Notes: a model not told the origin generated them from the letters alone. A stretch of DNA of 61,791 nt, filler included, from Bipalium vagum (GCA_037834085.1; 3 parts of 3 records of this genome joined end to end with filler, not necessarily neighbours in it), one strand, 5' to 3'; shown: positions 12,690-25,468, counted from the whole stretch's first letter. Made by a program: numbers and translations.

Positions 12690-13605
12690 ACTAACACATT
12701 AATACTAACATGGACGAAGTTCCTATGTGTTTATATATGCCAGGAAACTACACAATTGAGCAGAAAGGTATGGAAAATGTCAAAATAAACACCACGGGTG
12801 CTGAGAAATGTAGCTTTACTTTTGTGCTAACTGTCACTGGTGACGGTGGGAAACTACCTCCCATGGTAATATTTAAAAAAAAACTGTACTGAAAGAGAAA
12901 TTTCCAAAGGGTATCATTGTTCAAGCAAATGAAATAAGTTGGATGGATACTCAAATGCTTAAATTATGGTTAGCAGAGGTTTGGCGAAAGGGACCTGGAT
13001 CTTTCTTCGAACCAAAATTTACTCTAATTTTTGATTATGCTCCTTCGCATTTAACCGAAACCTCAAAAATAGACACTAAGAGATATTCAACAATTGCTGT
13101 AATTCCTGCTGGATTAACAAAAACTTTTGCAGCCATTGGATATTTCAGTCAATAAAAGTTTTAAATCAAAAGTTAGAAATAAATGGGAACGTTGGATGAT
13201 TAGTGGATTCCATACATTCACAAAAGGTGGTAAAATGCGGAGATCATCATATTCTACTGTTTGTGAATGGATAAACAAAGCATGGAAATCAATTACTCCC
13301 TGATGCTTTGTTAACGGATTTAAAAAATTCAGCATTGTGGAACGTATTGATAAATTGAATGACTTCTCTGATTCAGAGCCTGATAAGTTAGCAGATGAAG
13401 AAGAGGAAGATTTACCCAAATTACCAAAGGATTTTTTGGACATGTTGGATTCTTTGAATTTGAATCAGAAAATGAAAACGATTTTTAAAATAAATTTTGG
13501 CTCTCACTTTTGTTTTTTTCATGTAATCTTTTTGTACAGTTTGCCATGTATAACGAGCATAATATTTGTCAATAACATATCTTTTTTCTTTATATAACGC
13601 GCATA
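12690..13605 (+). mobile_element. pogo-family (DDE_1) transposase pseudogene
   Basis: NMDEVP...TTGAEK..FT.VL....DG.KLPPMVIFK, WMD...W, IPAGLT..LQPLDISVNKSFK; frameshifted. Confidence 0.9.
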
Positions 13606-15184
13606 TATATCATTTATTAATTTGGGAGAGTTGGTTTCACTCTTCATCGGCACCTGAGGTTCGGCTGTTGCTTTTTTGAGATCATTAGTAACTTCTGCAC
13701 ACTCCTCCTAGAAGGTTTGTGTGGGTTGAGTGTAGTTTGTTATCATTTTTACTGTAGATCCCAACAAAAATGTAAAATAACATTGGTAGATAATAATAAT
13801 ACTTTTAATAGTAAAATAAATTTTAGTAATGTTAATAACTATAATGTTTCTAAAATTATTAATTTTTAATAAAAGAAAAAAATTTAAAAATGGTAATTTA
13901 AAATTTTTCATAAATTGAGAAAAATTACTGATTTGAAACAATCATTGATATTCCCTGAAAATCGTGAACAGTTAACAAAACCAAAAGAAGATTCAAATAT
14001 GCTCTCCAGTTATCGGATTATGAAACCTGATTATTTGTTGCTTAGCTGATGACAAATGAGGCAGAGGGAATAATTGTCTGTACAGGAACCCGGTAATACA
14101 CTAATTGGTAATTTATATTTCTTTTATTATTATCTTGTTTGATTATAATTAAAATAATATTTATTTTTAAGATGATCAGATAAACTAAGCTTTCAGATAC
14201 AGATAAATGAATGTAACATCTTGAAACATGGAAGACACTTGTCTCAGAAACAATGGTTGGATCAAATTCATTGTCTTCCAAGTTGCCTGGTTCACAACTT
14301 AAGCATACAATGAAAATATATTTGTCAATTGCACTTTATTAAAAATTTTATTATAAAGTTTTTCTCAAAAATACTCTAGTTAATTTCTTTTTGAAAAAAG
14401 ATGAAGAAAGAAATGTTAAGATGAAAAACAGATAGAAGGTGATGCTTCTAATGAATACTTTATTTGTTGATTAAAAATGATATATTGGCTAACAGATGTT
14501 TATCTTACTTGCCAAACTTTGTGATTCGGTCGTAAGTATCCTCTATACGAAATGTAGAAAGATTGAACGGAAAGGAAATGGTATAATCTTCGTCTTTTGT
14601 TGCCTCAATGGCATTGAGGGCACATTGATCAATTAGTTGATTGAGTTTTTCCGGATTGTTCTAATAACATTACCAAAGTTTGTTTGAAATGTGATGAAAA
14701 ACATTTTCATTTCTTACTTTAAAAAACTCTTGCATTGGTTTTTCAACAAATTTGAAGGAATCGTTAAAAATTTCCGCAGACTCCGTGTTATGTAATGCAA
14801 TTAGTTTGGTCATAGAGGCTATGTAAGCTTCAAAATGTTGTGGCGTTCTATTGTTAAGTAAAATATTTTTCTCCTTTACCAATAATATCGAACTTCATCG
14901 CCAGTTGAAGAAAGACATGAGTAAATGATTTCACCAGATCGGTCCATTTCGATATTTGGTCTTTAACAGAAGATGATTGTTCATCTATTTCATCCGACTC
15001 TTTTGGGTATTTTTCAATCAAAGCGTTAAGAACATCCGTTGCATCTTTGATTAGATATTCACAGTTCTAAAGTTCATTAATTGAGGCTCACATTTCACAA
15101 AAGATACTTAGGTTATTGTTGAAAAAATTTAATTTTTTTAAATACATAATAATAAAATGAAATACAATTCTTTTTATTATATAT

Positions 15185-16260
15185 AGGGTGTTACCAAAAT
15201 TCTCGCAGAAAATTAACTTCGATGTTTCTTATGTAGTTTGATATAGTTAATGACTTGCTTTATAAAGTAAAAGACAAATCTTTAAAGTTTATTTCATATA
15301 AATTAATCTACATCAATTGTTCAAAATGACTACCACTAAATGAAATAAAAAAATTAATCCTTTTTAAAATATTTAAAAATACGTTATTCTAAGTTTCTCT
15401 CTTACAATACTTTTTATTTCTTCAGTGAGTGTTAGTTTTAAATCTTCAATATTTTTAATTTTAATGTTGAATACTTTGTTCTTTTAATGGTCCCATAAAA
15501 AGAAGTTATCAGCTGTCAAATCTGATGAATGTGGACCAAGACAGAATGGAAAACCTCTTCCGATTTACTGTTTCGGAAATTGATAGTTAAGATATTGTTG
15601 TACATCATTTTAAAAATAAGCAGGAGTTCCATCTTGTTGAAATATCAAAGACCGTTTTTTGAGCACTTTTCTCATATCAAAAATAAAATCATCTTGAAGC
15701 ATTGATAGAAAGATATAAAGATCGAAAATTTTATTCTTTGACAAAGCATACAAAATATTGACCCTCGGAGTTTTCATTAGAGTTTCAAAATTAACAAGTG
15801 GAATAGCTTCTGACGATATGTTTATTACTTAAACCTTTTATGTAAAACCTTGCTTTATCTGAAAAGAAAATATTTTTTGAATATCAGCATCTTCTAGTAC
15901 CGAGATCAGATTTTTACACATGTCAACTCTGTCTTGTAAATCTTCATGTAATTCTACTATGCGCTATTGTAATGCTCCATATTATAATTTGATTCAGTCT
16001 ATGAAGCTTATAGCATTTTTGAAAGAGCTGTTTAGATTCAATGAAGAAATTCTAAGTATATTAGACAATTAAGTTGGTTTTAAAGAAACATTCTTTTGTT
16101 AAAATTGTTTGATGCAAAAATTGGTAAACAATAACAAAAGATAATGATGGAAAACAATTGCATAAAACCATCATTTCATTCAACCAACAAAAATATTTGA
16201 AATTTTGATAAAACGATATGATAATAATCAATGTCAATTTATAATTTTGCACCTAACACT
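15185..16260 (-). mobile_element. maT/rosa-like (Tc1/mariner superfamily) remnant
   Basis: FQQDGTPA, IGRG, PHSSDLTADNFFLWDH*K.KVF (WPPRSPDLTPLDFFLWG-like); TA-(T)AGGGTGTT terminus at about 15185. Confidence 0.75.
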
Positions 16261-17999
16261 GAAAAATAATTTTAATAATATATTATTATTTTGAAAAATT
16301 AAAATTTCATTATTATTAGTTTTATTTTATTAATATAATGGTAATATTATTATCATGATTAAAAGTATAAATTATATGTAATCATATTTGCGATTTTGAT
16401 CATAAAATTAGTTACATAAATGAATATAAATGAAGAATGTAAATAAAAGATAAATCCAAATTACTTTGAATGCAACTGAGTGAAACTTATCATCAAGATA
16501 ATAAATTTCTCTAGATAAATCTCGTATAATGTCCTTCATCCAAGCTTGGTTTACTTTACATAAGTCTAAAAATGTTTTGATCCATTTATCCATTATCTTT
16601 TCCACATTGTCTTTGCTATTTCTTAATGTTCTCAAATTAAATTTCCTTAAAATGAAATTCAATCACGAACTTCAATACTCCGCTTGCCGAATAATAAAAC
16701 TGATTTATCATATCTTTTCCAGTTGTGGTCGAGATATTTTCTGTGACTAGCCGGTCGGAAATTTCACAAAAGATTTTGACAAAGTTATCTGGAAACTGGA
16801 AAATGTTTGTCATTTTATGACCAATCTTTTAATAAACAGAAAAAAGGTTTGAAATTTGTTAAATTTTATAAATACTTATTAATATTGATTGTTATTTAAA
16901 GAAAATTAATAAATATGACTAAGTGTATTTTAAATTGTAAATTTTCAGGACAAATTTTGTTTTTAATTTAATGATTTTTTAATAAATAAAATATTAACAA
17001 AATTGAATGTTTTTTTATAATTATAAGAAAAAAAATATAAATAAAAGAATAATATAAGTCAGATTTCATTGATTATCGAACTAAGAATATCGAATTTGTA
17101 AATGATACTAATTCCCAGATTATCACTGTTTACGATATCATGTATATTAACTGAAGATAAAGCATAATTGATGCTACTATTTATTTAAAAAATATTGTCA
17201 TTTTTCCTGAAATTACTTAAAAAAATAATTTTTTAATACATTCTTTTTATTAGGCCAGCAAGATATTTAGTGTTCGTAATTGAGTAAACCATTTCTAAAG
17301 AGTTTCATTAACATAAGTATATTCGGATTTTCTTATTCGTTTCAAATTGGTTGAAATACTTTTCAAAAGCTCTCTTATTTTTGATTTTCTATTACAAATT
17401 GTATTAATTTATTAGTTTAAATTCACGACCATCTATCTTTTCTTTTCATTTTCTATTGCATCAATAACTTTTATTTCCCCTACAATTATCAAATTTTTCT
17501 TTTACATTCCATTTCAGCTAAAAGTTATATTAACATATCTATTAATATAATACTGAATAACTTGAATAAAATTATTTAAAAATGAATAAAAAGTGAGCTG
17601 TTAAAACAAAATATTTTTAAAAATATTCATATTTTAATGTTATTTATATATGTCGAACTAATCGAGGTTTGTGACGTGATATGCAACAAAATAAGAAATA
17701 TATCAAACCAAAACTAGCACATAAAAATTGACTTTAAAACCGAGATGTCGCTTTCTCTGATGTCTCTATAACCGAGTTATACTGTATACTTTAATTTAAA
17801 ATTTTTATATAATAATTTTAATTATATTTATAATTAAAAAAATTCCTTACAAAATTTTTATTAAATTAATAAAAATAATTTTGCATTCCTATCAATTAAA
17901 ACAAATTTTTAAGCTTTAATAAATTCCTTTTCTATTCTTCCACTTGCGTTTTTAGACGATATCTTCTTTCTTGTATTCTTTTTATAATTTTTAATAGCC

Positions 18000-18480
18000 T
18001 AAGCAATTTTCATTTTCTTTTAATATAGCTTTTAACTTTTCTAATACCTTATCTCTGACTTGAAAGTTCCAATTGTGTGGTTTTATCTATAAAGTTTTTG
18101 TCTTATTGTTTACTGTTATACCATTGACCTCAGTATACTGGTTTTTGTCTAAAATAATATCTACTGGTGATATTTTATACGTTTTTTTCGCTCCATTCAT
18201 CAAGAATTCTATATCTGGAATGACTTCTACTCAAATTCTTCCACAAGTGATCTTCCGGTGATGATTTAATGAAATCTCTGATCTTAAAAAATTTTATTTC
18301 TATAATTTTGATAGTACAAACATATAAAATATACTTTTAAGTTCATTGACTTCGTCATATTCCTGAAGTTATTAGCTTCAAAAGTCTTACCACTATTCTT
18401 GTAAAATTCTTATGGTGCACATAAATTTTGGGTTCATTTCTTACACTTACGTTTTTATACTCTAATCACCATTTACTTAT
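18000..18480 (-). mobile_element. Gypsy-like integrase fragment (decayed)
   Basis: SGKTFEANNFRNM...VEVIPDIEFLMNGAKKTYKISPVDII resembles the rve domain C-terminal part. Confidence 0.35.
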
Positions 18481-18731
18481 GACAGAGTTTTCTATTAAGC
18501 TGAAAAATATGAATTTGTTTATCAATCGAAAAAATATGTAAAATTGAATGGTTCTTATTTAAATTAATAAAAATTTGTTGTGTTTCTCATTTGTTTTAAA
18601 TTCAAGATAAAAGCTGCAATTTCTTTTGTACCAATCTAATATTTATTTAAAAAACAGTAATGAATTGGTGTTATCACTCTAACTTTTTAAATAATTAACC
18701 AAATCAAGTCCTGAAAACAATGACAATATTA

Positions 18732-18957
18732 TTGGGTTTTTCGGAAAGTTATTTCACTTTTTAATACGAATTTTTAAATCTTAATTTAAAGACACTTAAG
18801 TCATTTTAAAGGTTGGGATATTCAAATTGCCTGGTAGATGGTAAAAGTTCTTGGAACAAAAAGAACAATACATCATTGATCACAACACTTATTACTAATA
18901 AAACTTTTGGTCTTACTTTTTAATAAAAAATGCGAAATGACTTTTCGAACAACCCAA
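18732..18957. mobile_element. mariner-derived MITE (226 bp)
   Basis: About 30-bp imperfect TIRs TTGGGTT(T/G)TTCG(G/A)AAAGT(T/C)ATTTC flanked by TA on both sides; no coding capacity. Confidence 0.85.
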
Positions 18958-20056
18958 TAGATGCAAGAGGAGCAAAAATCAATATTCTAAAAAATAAAAA
19001 CTGAGTTCCTACTTGAAGAAAAATTTTTTTCAACTGATTGCTGGATCTGTGCAAAATTGTGGAAAAAATTTCTATTTCTTCTGGAATTCCATTCCAACTT
19101 TTAAGATACAGGTTGTTGACATATTTGTGAAAATTTTCTGGATTCTTTTCAAATACTGAAACTCTGGATAAAGTAAAGTTTTACAAAAAAGTAGGAATAT
19201 CTTTAATATGGTATCTATAAAACAGATTTATAAACTTTTATTTTCAGCCATTTTTAAGATAAAAAAGAAACCGAAAGAAACAACGGTAAAAATTGACAAA
19301 ATCAATTAGTTCCATTACAGTTTTCAATAACTTATGTCAATGAAAAATGAAAAATTATTTTTTCAATTTTCAAGGAAAGGTTCTTAAAAAGAACGATATT
19401 TATGATAAAAAGATTATAAGTGTTTATATTATACCTTATAAAGTAATTTTTGCTCTCAAATCAATAATTCCTCACTATTCAATGTTGCGTTCGTTTTACT
19501 ATTGTCACTGCACAAATTTAAACTCAATTTAAATCAAAAGTCCAACAATAAAACCTTATCAGCACCATAATTGAATCAAAACAATCACGATAAAACTTTA
19601 TTAAAAATTAAACAACAACCTGACGCACTCGTCGCAACAAAAAACTCCTTCAATGTCTGATTATCACAAAAACAAAATTTTATCAATGTCAAATAGAAAA
19701 AATCAATATTTTCCAATCGACTTGCTAAAAGATAATCGTCAAAATTAGGTCCTTTGAGGATCACCTAGGGATTCACCAGGTCGCTGGGTCCTCTTGGTCG
19801 AGATTTTGATATATTTCTTTTTAGAATTACTTTATATTTAAGTTATTAGTTTATTATTATAGTTTACTATTATATAGTTTACTATAATTTTCCTAACTTT
19901 CAAAAGTGAACCTTCTCTCACTTAGGAAAATTTGAATAAATGTAATACTTAAAAAATCAAATCGTATTTAAGATTATTAATTATACAGAGCGACTTAAAT
20001 TGATTTTTTAGTTTTCTGTAGAATTTAAATAAGATTCTTAATGGAATTCAGCTTAA

Positions 20057-20863
20057 CTCATTTCATTTAAAAAGCCCCATTTGGGGATGTCCCATTACAG
20101 TAAAAATTACACTTTATTTGAAGATTTTACGAAATATAAATTAATTTAAATCACTGTAGAGACATTATATTTTAATTGTGCATTAATAGACTTTTACTTT
20201 GCATTTTTTTCTTCTAAATTTTATCTTCAATTTGCTATTTTCTAATTTTGACTTTATAACTTCAAGGTAAGTACCTAGTGGGTATAAAGAGTAAAAATGG
20301 TATTTTTCATCTGGTGACTCATTTTCTGGGTGTGGCTGTTATAAACAGTCACATATTGTGCAGCTTTTTTCATCCGGAAGTTAAAATGGACCTCCTCGAT
20401 TTCAGAGTGTACGAAACAACAGCACTGCTGAAGACTGACAGCAATTCGAAGCCCAAGAAGCCTGGTGTCAAGGTCCCAAGATTGCCACAGTCACTCTACC
20501 TTATTGGTGAAAAACATTTTTTAGAAAAAACCGATGATGTTCCCAAAGTGTGCAACAAGAATGCTAGGAAGCAGTGTGGATAATGCAACGTTGGATTTCA
20601 TTTACATTGTTTTGAGGCATACCATTCTAACAAAAATGAACTAAAATATTGGATTTTGTGTGATAATTTTCTAATTTGAATATAACAATTTATAAGTAAT
20701 ACGCCTACATTCCATGATCCACAAATGGGACTAGTCTTAAATCACAGTAAATGTTTTATAATTTTTATGAAACTATTACATTGTCCAAATAGATCCTATA
20801 TCAACTATTATACACTAAGTAAATCGAATTTCTTTGCCCTCTTGAATTCTGGAGTCAAATGGT
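20057..20863 (+). mobile_element. Non-autonomous piggyBac derivative retaining the transposase C-terminus (PGBD2/3-like CRD)
   Basis: HFLGVAVINSHIL...MDLLDFR...VCNKNARKQCG*CNVGFHLHCFEAYH; TTAA at 20053-56 and 20864-67; subterminal inverted repeat CCCATTTG(G/T)GGAT. Confidence 0.8.
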
Positions 20864-20919
20864 TTAATAAATAAAAATATTATTATTAAATATAATAAAA
20901 TAAATAAATAAATATAAAA

Positions 20920-23340
20920 TCTTGAACAATTTTGCAAATTAGCCACATTCCAAATCCAATATTATTGTCACAAGTACAAGAGTTATAATATTTGACTCAA
21001 TTTGCAAAGCTGTACAGTATTCCTATATTTTTCTTCATAATTTCAACAAACAGATTTTGAAAAATTAAGGGCGTGATCATTTTTTTGTTAAGTAAAGAAT
21101 TTTTTTTAAATAATAAATTCCTGAAAATGGTAAGTTAGACAAACTGGGAATTTTATTAGGAATCATAGATCTGCAAAAATATAATCAAGAAAAATCAAAA
21201 TCTCGCAACACTGAAAGATAGTTTGGAAGAGGATACAGATAATATAAATCTTAAAAAAATATACTATGGATTTTGCAAAATATTTTAAAATATTTAATAA
21301 GATTATTAAATATTAATTTAATTTAAATTTGTTTTAATTTTTTAATTTTTAATTTTACAGAATATTTAGAAAAACTAAACTTTAAAAGTCGGTAGTCATT
21401 TTTTACAAATCCCGTGTCCTCATCATAAAATTAAAAAAATAAAATAAAATAATTAATATAATGATGAATTCTCACAATTCACTACGATTTACATTTTATT
21501 AATCTTCAAACATAAATATTTCAAATAGATTTGCCCCCCGTTACTTAGAAGAGACAAACCGATTCCACTGTTTGGAAAGTCTTATATTAGAACTATTTAT
21601 TTTACTCTTTATTTTACAAAACTCATACGAATTCTTTAGAAATATTTAGGCTCAAAAATCATAGACAAAAAACGTACGGAATGTTTGCTACAAACATGTG
21701 AAGACAAAAGCTTTTCTGAAATCTCCGAATGTGATAGTAATTATTTTCTGGTTCTTTTTCCGGAATTCTCAGATCGATCAGATCGAACACTGACAGATGA
21801 TGAACCAGTTGGCTTCCAGACAGACTCTATAATACAATAAATCAGTTTCTGGCTCATGCAAATTACACATTTGATGACAATAATATAGATTTTTTCAAAC
21901 AACACTTAATCGATCAGTTTTATAAAGTTCTTAATTATATTGGTCCATTTACAAAAATCATTACATAAATATTTAAAATGACAAAAATTTATAAAGTTTA
22001 TCGACTTAATGGATGCACTAATTGGCGGTAATTGAAAATGATTAAGGTATTAAAAAGTATTTCTATTCATACAGTTATCACAGAAAACATTGATGATAAT
22101 AACTTTAATAAAACAATAAAATATTAATATTATAATATGATGGTGTCAGAATATTAACTAGAACATGAAAAAAATCAAGAGTAGAGTGTAAATATTTTAC
22201 GTTAAAAGTTATTTATGTTTTAAATTAAAATATTTACACTCTACCCTTGATTGTTCATGCTCTAGTTAATATTCTGCCTCTTCACCCATTTAATTAAACT
22301 TCTTTCTCGTTGTATACACTGAATATCTACAGATCTATTTTATCCTGATTTTCCAAAGAAAAAGTAAAAAATATACAACAATTTTGGCTATAGAAATACA
22401 GAAATAAAGATCAATTAATTTGTTCTAAAACTATTATCATTCTTCTCACGATTTTTGCATCAAACAATATTTTTCGGAGAGCATCTCAGAACTCACATTG
22501 AACAACTGAATTTTAAAAACAAGAAGAACAAATTATCTCGTGAATCCTGAAATCGATTCACTGTTTAAAGCCGATGATCTTGTATTGAAAGTTAAAGGTT
22601 AGTGTTCATCTCTTAGTCTAAATAGCTCTCTCTTTCATATGTACAATAAAGTTTTCCTCGAAATCACAAAGAGTTGAAAAAAGAGTGAGGTAAGATAAAT
22701 AACAGATCAGAAAGGAATCATACGTTTCTTTGGAGATCCTATAAATCGGTTCGTCTGAACTGGAGACAATGTACTGTCGATATATTGTCTCTTAAAATGA
22801 TTCAACATATTTCTTCAAGAAATGTCAATCTTAGCCTTTTGTGCAATACATTGGGACGGATTCAGAGTCCCTTAGATATTAATGGCGAATTAATAAAATG
22901 AGAAAAATTTAAGAGAAGTATATCTTTGACCCTATTCAAGTTCACAAAATCGACTCGTTCCTAGAGTGAGAAAAACAGACTGGGTATGGATTACACTTTA
23001 ACATTAAAAAATCAAAGCATCTACAGGCTATCTTGGGAACAAGAGTCAAAATTTATACGATGAATAAATTTTGTGAAGTTTGGAACAAACCATTTATTGT
23101 GAACTCCACTTTGAGGAAACAACTATTTATTTGAAAAAATATTGTTCACAACCTGATGAATTAAAGAGGTCACTTGGTTCAAAAAAATGCAAGATGACGT
23201 GCTTCCAGATAACCTATAAAAGCTTCTAAAACTGGACACACATTTTGTTTATTTTCCGAACTCTTCAATACTTGATTATCATTTATTTAGATCTCTTTAA
23301 AACAGTTAGGTGGTAATAGATTTTCTTGTCTGAAGGTCTG
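20920..23340 (+). pseudogene. Nested antisense multi-exon gene remnant of unknown product
   Basis: Series of plus-strand GT-AG mini-introns (e.g. about 21130, 22364-22393, 22598-22625, 22984-23026) bounding codon-like blocks with scattered stops. Confidence 0.35.
22147..22276. repeat. About 130-bp imperfect palindrome (foldback/MITE-like)
   Basis: Arms of about 58 bp (CAGAATATTAACTAGA.CATGAA..AATCAAG.GTAGAGTGTAAATATTTTA) around a loop of about 10 bp. Confidence 0.85.
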
Positions 23341-24213
23341 ATTAGGCATTACTCTATTATGAGACGTTTTCATAAAAGAAAATTGTATCATTAGGAAACA
23401 ATTAAAATTAATCAAAATTTGATTGATTTAGAATAATCATAAAAGAAATCGATAACTAATCAATATTATTAATTATGATATTCAAAGTGAAACAAAATAC
23501 CTGGAAATAATTTTCGCTTAAACTGTTGAGCATTAAGTCCAACATGTCACAATTTGTTGCGGTCCATCCTGATTTGATGGTCAATTTTATACAATTAATA
23601 AGATCTTCTTGAACATTAACATTAATACTGTCTCTAAATATTATTTAATTTAGTTAAGATCTGCAAATTATTTACTTAATAACTGACTGAATACTAGACA
23701 TACACTTTATTAACATTACATAATCTTTGGATTTGAAGACTGGGTTGTATTTCTGTATCTTTTGACCCAATGTGTTTATGATGGCAGAGATGGAATCTCC
23801 AATTTCATTAGAATTAAGATTATCAATGGCCGATAAAAAAAGATTAGATTCTTCTTCAGAATTGTTTTCAAATTTTGAATTCAATATTAATTTATTCATA
23901 AAGTCGTAAAAGTATAAGAAAATGATATGCTTAATTAATTTAAAATTCGTGAATGCTGATAGGTGGCTAGTAACAAAAAAATTATTACTTATATGAAGTA
24001 AAACAAAATTCTACTTCTATAAAAAAATATATTGAAATAATTAATATTCAACAATTAATAAGGATAGAGTGAATACATTTAAATTATTATAAGTTTTAAT
24101 CTATCATTCAAATAATAATCTCAATTCTGATTACGGTGTATATTAAGTTGTTTTCAGTATCATAGAAATAACTGCACGTTTGGAAGAAATCATTTCACTA
24201 TTTTACGAATATC

Positions 24214-24316
24214 ACAAATTGTGATATATTAAATTTAATGCTCAACAGCTTAAGCGAAAATGATTTCCAGGTATTTTGTTTCACTTTGAATATTGTAATT
24301 AATAATATTGATTAGT
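24214..24316 (+). repeat. Inverted duplicate of 23455-23557 (exon end + splice donor + intron start)
   Basis: 103-bp ungapped reverse-complement match with 9 mismatches counted by eye. Confidence 0.92.
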
Positions 24317-24399
24317 ATTAGGAAAACTTACACTATCGTCACAGTAGCAGTAGAGAAAATCAAAGAACCAACGAACGTGAAGATGGCAATCTAAAGTTC

Positions 24400-25030
24400 C
24401 TACATTGTAGAAACTGATTTATACCGACTATTAAGATTAATAAATCAAAAAAAGAACCTCCGAAAAAGTTCCTTTCAAAAATACACCGAATAATATTGGT
24501 CTGCTTTCATTCATACCAAAGTAAAATTTACTATTGATATCATAATATATAGCAGTGAAAAATAGCAGTGCCAAGAAAAATACACTTAAGTGACGAAAGG
24601 AATATCATAATCTTTAGTGATTAATCAAAGTTCTGTTTATAGGAAAGTGATGGAAATTTGAGGTTGAGACGCTAACCTGGCGAATTACAAAATATTTGCT
24701 TGATGTTAACCAAGTCACAAAGTTACACCTTTGAAATATGATATGGGATGCCATATATGCTTTTGATTTCTGTTACCACTTTTATCTATAAGATGTAATT
24801 TGGATGCTCTCAGATGAAATGTTGAAACCCACATTACTTGAATTAATGGAAAAATATCCAGAAAATAGTTTTCAACAAGAAAATGCGAGAGACCGCATAC
24901 CGATGGGTATAACCGAAATTTCATGCAAGAATCAGAAATTGCAACAATAACTTAGTCAATATATTCGCAAAGTTTACCTCATAGTGAACTGTTCTAACAT
25001 ATTGTTGTTGATCAGCTGCTGTTTTCTCTT
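24400..25030 (+). mobile_element. Tc1-like transposase remnant
   Basis: NIIFSD*SKFCL*ESDGNLRLRR*PGE, matching Tc1 FSDESRF....DG..RV.R..GE. Confidence 0.6.
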
Positions 25031-25213
25031 GGTATTCTTAATGCATTGCAAGAATTAAAAAATTAGCTTCAACAAATATATAACGACATATCACTAGGGG
25101 AAAAAATTTTCTGATTAATAGTATGTTTAAAAGAATTCAGGTTTGTGTTGTAAGACGTGAAGATGTTTAAAGAAAATTAAACAAAATCATTTTAATTATT
25201 TTGAAAATTTATA

Positions 25214-25368
25214 TGTTAAGATCCTAAGTGGTGGTTAAAAGAATATTAAAGGTTGGAGCTTAAGATTAGCTTTGGTCTCAACGGTTGAAGATTGCTTAAG
25301 GTTGTGTTCGATTAATTAAATAAACCGAGAAAACGATTTAGGTTTAATACTTTTATTGAAATCGAATT
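25214..25368 (-). mobile_element. LTR-like repeat end (copy 1), truncated by gap
   Basis: Begins TGTTAAGATCCTAAG; similar to the copies at 37858 and 43322. Confidence 0.7.
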
Positions 25369-25468
25369 NNNNNNNNNNNNNNNNNNNNNNNNNNNNNNNN
25401 NNNNNNNNNNNNTTAATTAATTAANNNNNNNNNNNNNNNNNNNNNNNNNNNNNNNNNNNNNNNNNNNN
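25369..25468. other. Assembly gap with artificial linker (44 N + TTAATTAATTAA + 44 N)
   Basis: Exactly 100 bp with a six-frame stop linker in the centre. Confidence 0.97.

Larger units (their letters stand above)
14030..23899 (-). pseudogene. Multi-exon helical-repeat gene with lesions (putative VEPH1/Melted N-terminal-like paralog of the downstream Death-domain gene)
   Basis: Clean exons 23899-23676 and 23633-23501. Further exon-like blocks lie at about 19214-19013 (in-frame TAA), 16827-16465, 15066-14880, 14847-14718, 14660-14508, 14333-14188 and 14100-14030. Several junctions are phase-consistent, but at least one stop and two frame breaks are present. Confidence 0.55.

Noticed and set aside
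14880-21060. Possible stop-codon reassignment explaining in-frame stops in exon-like blocks
   Set aside because: Stops are a mix of TAA and TGA plus frameshifts, while intact genes have no internal stops and end with TGA, TAG or TAA; pseudogenisation or errors fit better
25369-25468. TTAATTAATTAA palindrome embedded in N runs (also 44749-44848)
   Set aside because: Artificial six-frame-stop scaffolding linker in a 100-bp unknown-size gap. It is not biological, and adjacency across these gaps should be treated cautiously
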